Below, piece by piece: positions 60,500 through 64,000 of a stretch of DNA of 64,000 bases. The stretch covers positions 15,812,001-15,876,000 of the forward strand of contig NC_087250.1 of NCBI RefSeq assembly GCF_037042905.1, in the 5' to 3' direction. The notes beneath the pieces were generated by a model. That model saw nothing but the letters and a program-made list of their open reading frames with translations. It did no database searches and had not been told where the DNA came from. Made by a program: the position numbers and the translations under genes. How positions within the stretch are numbered: the stretch's first letter is position 1; every line of letters begins with the position of its first letter. The stretch is from Lytechinus pictus (taxonomy: Eukaryota).

Positions 60500-61410
60500 T
60501 GTGAATCGTTCTTCACATTGTCCAGTATGTGAACACGCTGTACGACACTCACATTGTAGAGATGTTCACACTGTTATATTTTGGCATTTTAACATTCTGT
60601 GTAAATGACATTTTCACATTGTCCACTCAGTAATCACGCTTAGAGGTGTAGCGGTGTATAGTGATCTTCACACTGTTGAATTGGAACATTTTAATAGTGT
60701 AAATCGTTCTTCACAGTGTCCAGTATGTGAACACGCTGTACGACATTCACATTGTAGAGATGTTCACACTGTTATATTTTGGCATTTTAACATTCTGTGT
60801 AAATGACATTTTCACATTGTCCACTCAGTAATCACGCTTAGAGGTGTAGCGGTGTATAGTGATCTTCACACTGTTAAATTGGAAATTTTTAATAGTGTCA
60901 TAATTCTTCACAGTGTCCAGTATGTGAACACGCTATACGACACACACATTGTAGAGATGTTCACACTGTTATATTTTGGCATTTTAACATTCTGTGTAAA
61001 TGACATTTTCACATTGTCCACTCAGTAATCACGCTTAGAGGTGTAGCGGTGTATAGTGATCTTCACACTGTTGAATTGGAACATTTTAATAGTGTAAATC
61101 GTTCTTCACAGTGTCCAGTATGTGAACACGCTGTACGACATTCACATTGTAGAGATGTTCACACTGTTATATTTTGGCATTTTAACATTCTGTGTAAATG
61201 ACATTTTCACATTGTCCACTCAGTAATCACGCTTAGAGGTGTAGCGGTGTATAGTGATCTTCACACTGTTGAATTGGAACATTTTAATAGTGTAAATCGT
61301 TCTTCACAGTGTCCAGTATGTGAACACGCTGTACGACATTCACATTGTAGAGATGTTCACACTGTTATATTTTGACAATTTAACAATCTGTGTAAATGAC
61401 ATTGACAAAT
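60500..61410. repeat. 198-bp tandem repeat, about 4.5 copies
   Basis: TCCAGTATGTGAACACGCT at 60521, 60719, 60916, 61114 and 61312. Confidence 0.95.
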
Positions 61411-61820
61411 TGTCCGTTTTTTTGACACACTGTGGGCATTGAGAGCTGTTAATAGTGTACAAGGAGTTCCTTATACTGTAAATTTTTAGCTTTTTGAAAG
61501 TTTAGAAATCATTCCTCACATTGCCCACAATGTGAACACAGCTTTAACACAATGTTGGCAATGTGCCGAGAAATCACTGCCTTTGGACAATGGACAACAT
61601 CTGCAAGAAGGGGGTCAATTCACGAATTCATGAATTACACTATGATTAAAAAGCAAATCACACAATTACAGTATTGTATCAAAACTTCAGTATACTTGCA
61701 AGATATATCTCATGATTTTTTTTTCAAATGAAATATGAAATAATTTGATCATTTCATTTCATTAAAAACGTAACTGGAGCAGAGTAGATTCGGGACCAAA
61801 AAGTATATGTAAACCAAATC

Positions 61821-62361
61821 CGCATGCATTCGTAATTCCTAAGGTTCGTTATTCCGAAGGTTCGGATATTCCGAAGGTTCGTTATTCCGAAGGTTCGTAT
61901 TTCCGAAGGTTCGTTAGTCCGAAAACGAAATAAGGGTCGTAATCCCGAAGGTTCGTTAGTCCGAAAACGAAGTGAGGTTCGTATTAATTCCGAAGGTTCG
62001 TTAGTCCGAAAACGAAATGATTAACGAACCTTATTTCGTTTTCGGATTAACGAACCTTCGGAACAACGAACCTTATTTCGTTTTCGGATTAACGAACCTT
62101 CAGAATTACGAACCTCACTTCGTTTTCGGACTAACGAACCTTCGGAATTACGAACCTTCGGAAATATGAACCTTCGGAATAACGAACCTTCGGAATAACG
62201 AACCTTCGGAATAACACCACAAATGTTCGGATTAACGAACCCTTTTACGTTTTCGGATTAACGAACATCGAGGTATAGGCAATTTACGGGTTTAGGAATT
62301 ACGAACCTTCGGAATAAAGAACCTTCGGAATTACGAACCTTCGGAATTACGAAGTGTAACC
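61821..62361. mobile_element. Palindromic TTCCGAAGGTTCG MITE, copy 2
   Basis: Homologous to 57989-58543. Confidence 0.85.
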
Positions 62362-62379
62362 ATAAAAATCAAAGGTAAA

Positions 62380-64000
62380 TTGGGATAATTTAAAACAAGA
62401 GCTCGAAGAAATCAACTGGGATAATGTATTATTGTCCACTGATTGTCAAATTGCTTGTGATAACTTTTATCAAACCATTTTGAAATTAATAGACAAATAT
62501 GCACCAGCTAAGAAACATCGAATCAAGAATAAAGTATCCCCCTGGATGACACCTGAATTGTTGAATTTAATAAGAGACAGAAATGAATTAAAACTAAAAG
62601 CAAGGAAATCTCGGAATCATGAAGATTGGTCTGCGTATAAAGCACTCAGGAACAAAATAACAATGCATATTCGTCAACGCAAACGCGAATATATTGCATC
62701 ATCCATTGATGAAAATAAGGGAGATCAGAGTTCAATGTGGGCTTCCCTTAAGTTTCTATTACCAAGTAAACACACAAACACTATTATAAACTCAGTTAAA
62801 GTAAATAATAGTAATTATATAACAAATCCTAAAGAAATTGTAAACGCGTTTAATAATCAACGCAGGTAAGGAAGTACAGCATGAGATACCACATACTGAG
62901 AAGTCTGCATTAGATTATTTGACAGGAATAAACACTTCTTTTGAATTTCATGAAGTAACAACCCAGAAGGTAAAAGATCTATTTAAAAAATTGCCGAAGG
63001 GAAAGGGATGTGGACCAGATAACATTACTGCTGAATTTATTCATGAAGTACTTCCTTACATAGTCTCACCAATGCACCATGTTGTAAATCTTTCTTTAAA
63101 AACTGGAAATGTGCCACAGCAATGGAAAGTTTCAAAAGTGACGCCTATCTTTAAAAAGGGAAATAAGGAAGAGATGGCAAATTATAGACCGATTTCTCTT
63201 ATGTCTGTGTTAGCAAAGGTTATCGAAAAAATAGCTTTTGAACAAATGTATAAATATGTAACTAGTAATAATATCTTAGTTGAGAATCAATCGGGTTTTC
63301 GGCCCCAAAATTCTACCCACACGACAGTCTTAAACCTCACAGAAGATGTTTTAAAGAATATTGATGAGGGATTACTTACTGGATTGATTATGTTAGACTT
63401 GAAAAAGGCGTTTGACAGTATTGTGCATAAGATTCTCCTTGATAAATTACACTATATTGGTATACGAGGTGTCAACCTCAATTGGTTTAAGTCATATTTA
63501 TCCTCCCGATCTCAATACGTTTATATGAATGGTGTCAACTCAGATTATGCTACCGTTGAATGTGGCATACCCCAAGGTTCAGTGCTTGGACCATTGCTAT
63601 TCTCTCTCTACATAAATGACATTGGTAAAGTAATTAAAAATTCTAAATTATCTCTTTATGCTGATGATACATGCAATTATTTCAGTTCCAAAAATGCTAC
63701 TGATATAAAATCTGAATTGGAGAGTGATCTCCAAGCAGTATCAGAGTGGCTTGCATGTAACAAATTAAAGTTGAATATAGCTAAATGCGAATTTGTTCTT
63801 ATTGGTACCCGAAATCGTATACACAAAGTTGATAATGATATAACTGTATCCTTGAATGGCGAATTGCTAAAAAGAGTTACTAAAACAAAATATCTTGGAG
63901 TTGTAATAGATGAATTCCTAGATTGGGGAGCTCATATCAGTCATATGAAATCCAAGATAGCTAAATGTATGTATCTTTTGAAAAGAATTAGACCTTATAT
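62380..64000 (+). mobile_element. CR1/L2-group LINE ORF2 (reverse transcriptase), one frameshift near 62857, running off the window
   Basis: SPWMT, GPDNI, NYRPISL, QSGFRP, DLKKAFD, GIPQGSVLGPLLF and YADD (about 63657-63668) motifs. Confidence 0.95.

Overview
Eukaryotic, AT-rich, repeat-dense genomic DNA. The SINE and pearl/Tsp-like repeat repertoire suggests an invertebrate deuterostome, probably a sea urchin (inference). Most of the window is one minus-strand gene with at least 17 GT-AG coding exons (54368 down to 2421, about 576 aa, continuing past the left edge). It encodes a Cys-rich N-terminal cap and about 21 leucine-rich repeats; its 5' end is unresolved. The introns contain nested non-autonomous DNA transposons, SINEs, LINE fragments, and micro- and minisatellites. 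A nearly intact CR1/L2-group LINE ORF2 lies at the right edge. The most unusual items are: a SINE with a 7SL/Alu-domain-like head fused to a Meta/Nin-like body (3323-3513); a 3.2-kb 40-bp satellite amplified from the NYRGISL-coding segment of a LINE reverse transcriptase (29867-33028); and tandem duplicates of a real 3' splice site upstream of an LRR exon (41968-43370). Exon calls and repeat boundaries were read by eye; family names come from recalled hallmarks, not database searches.
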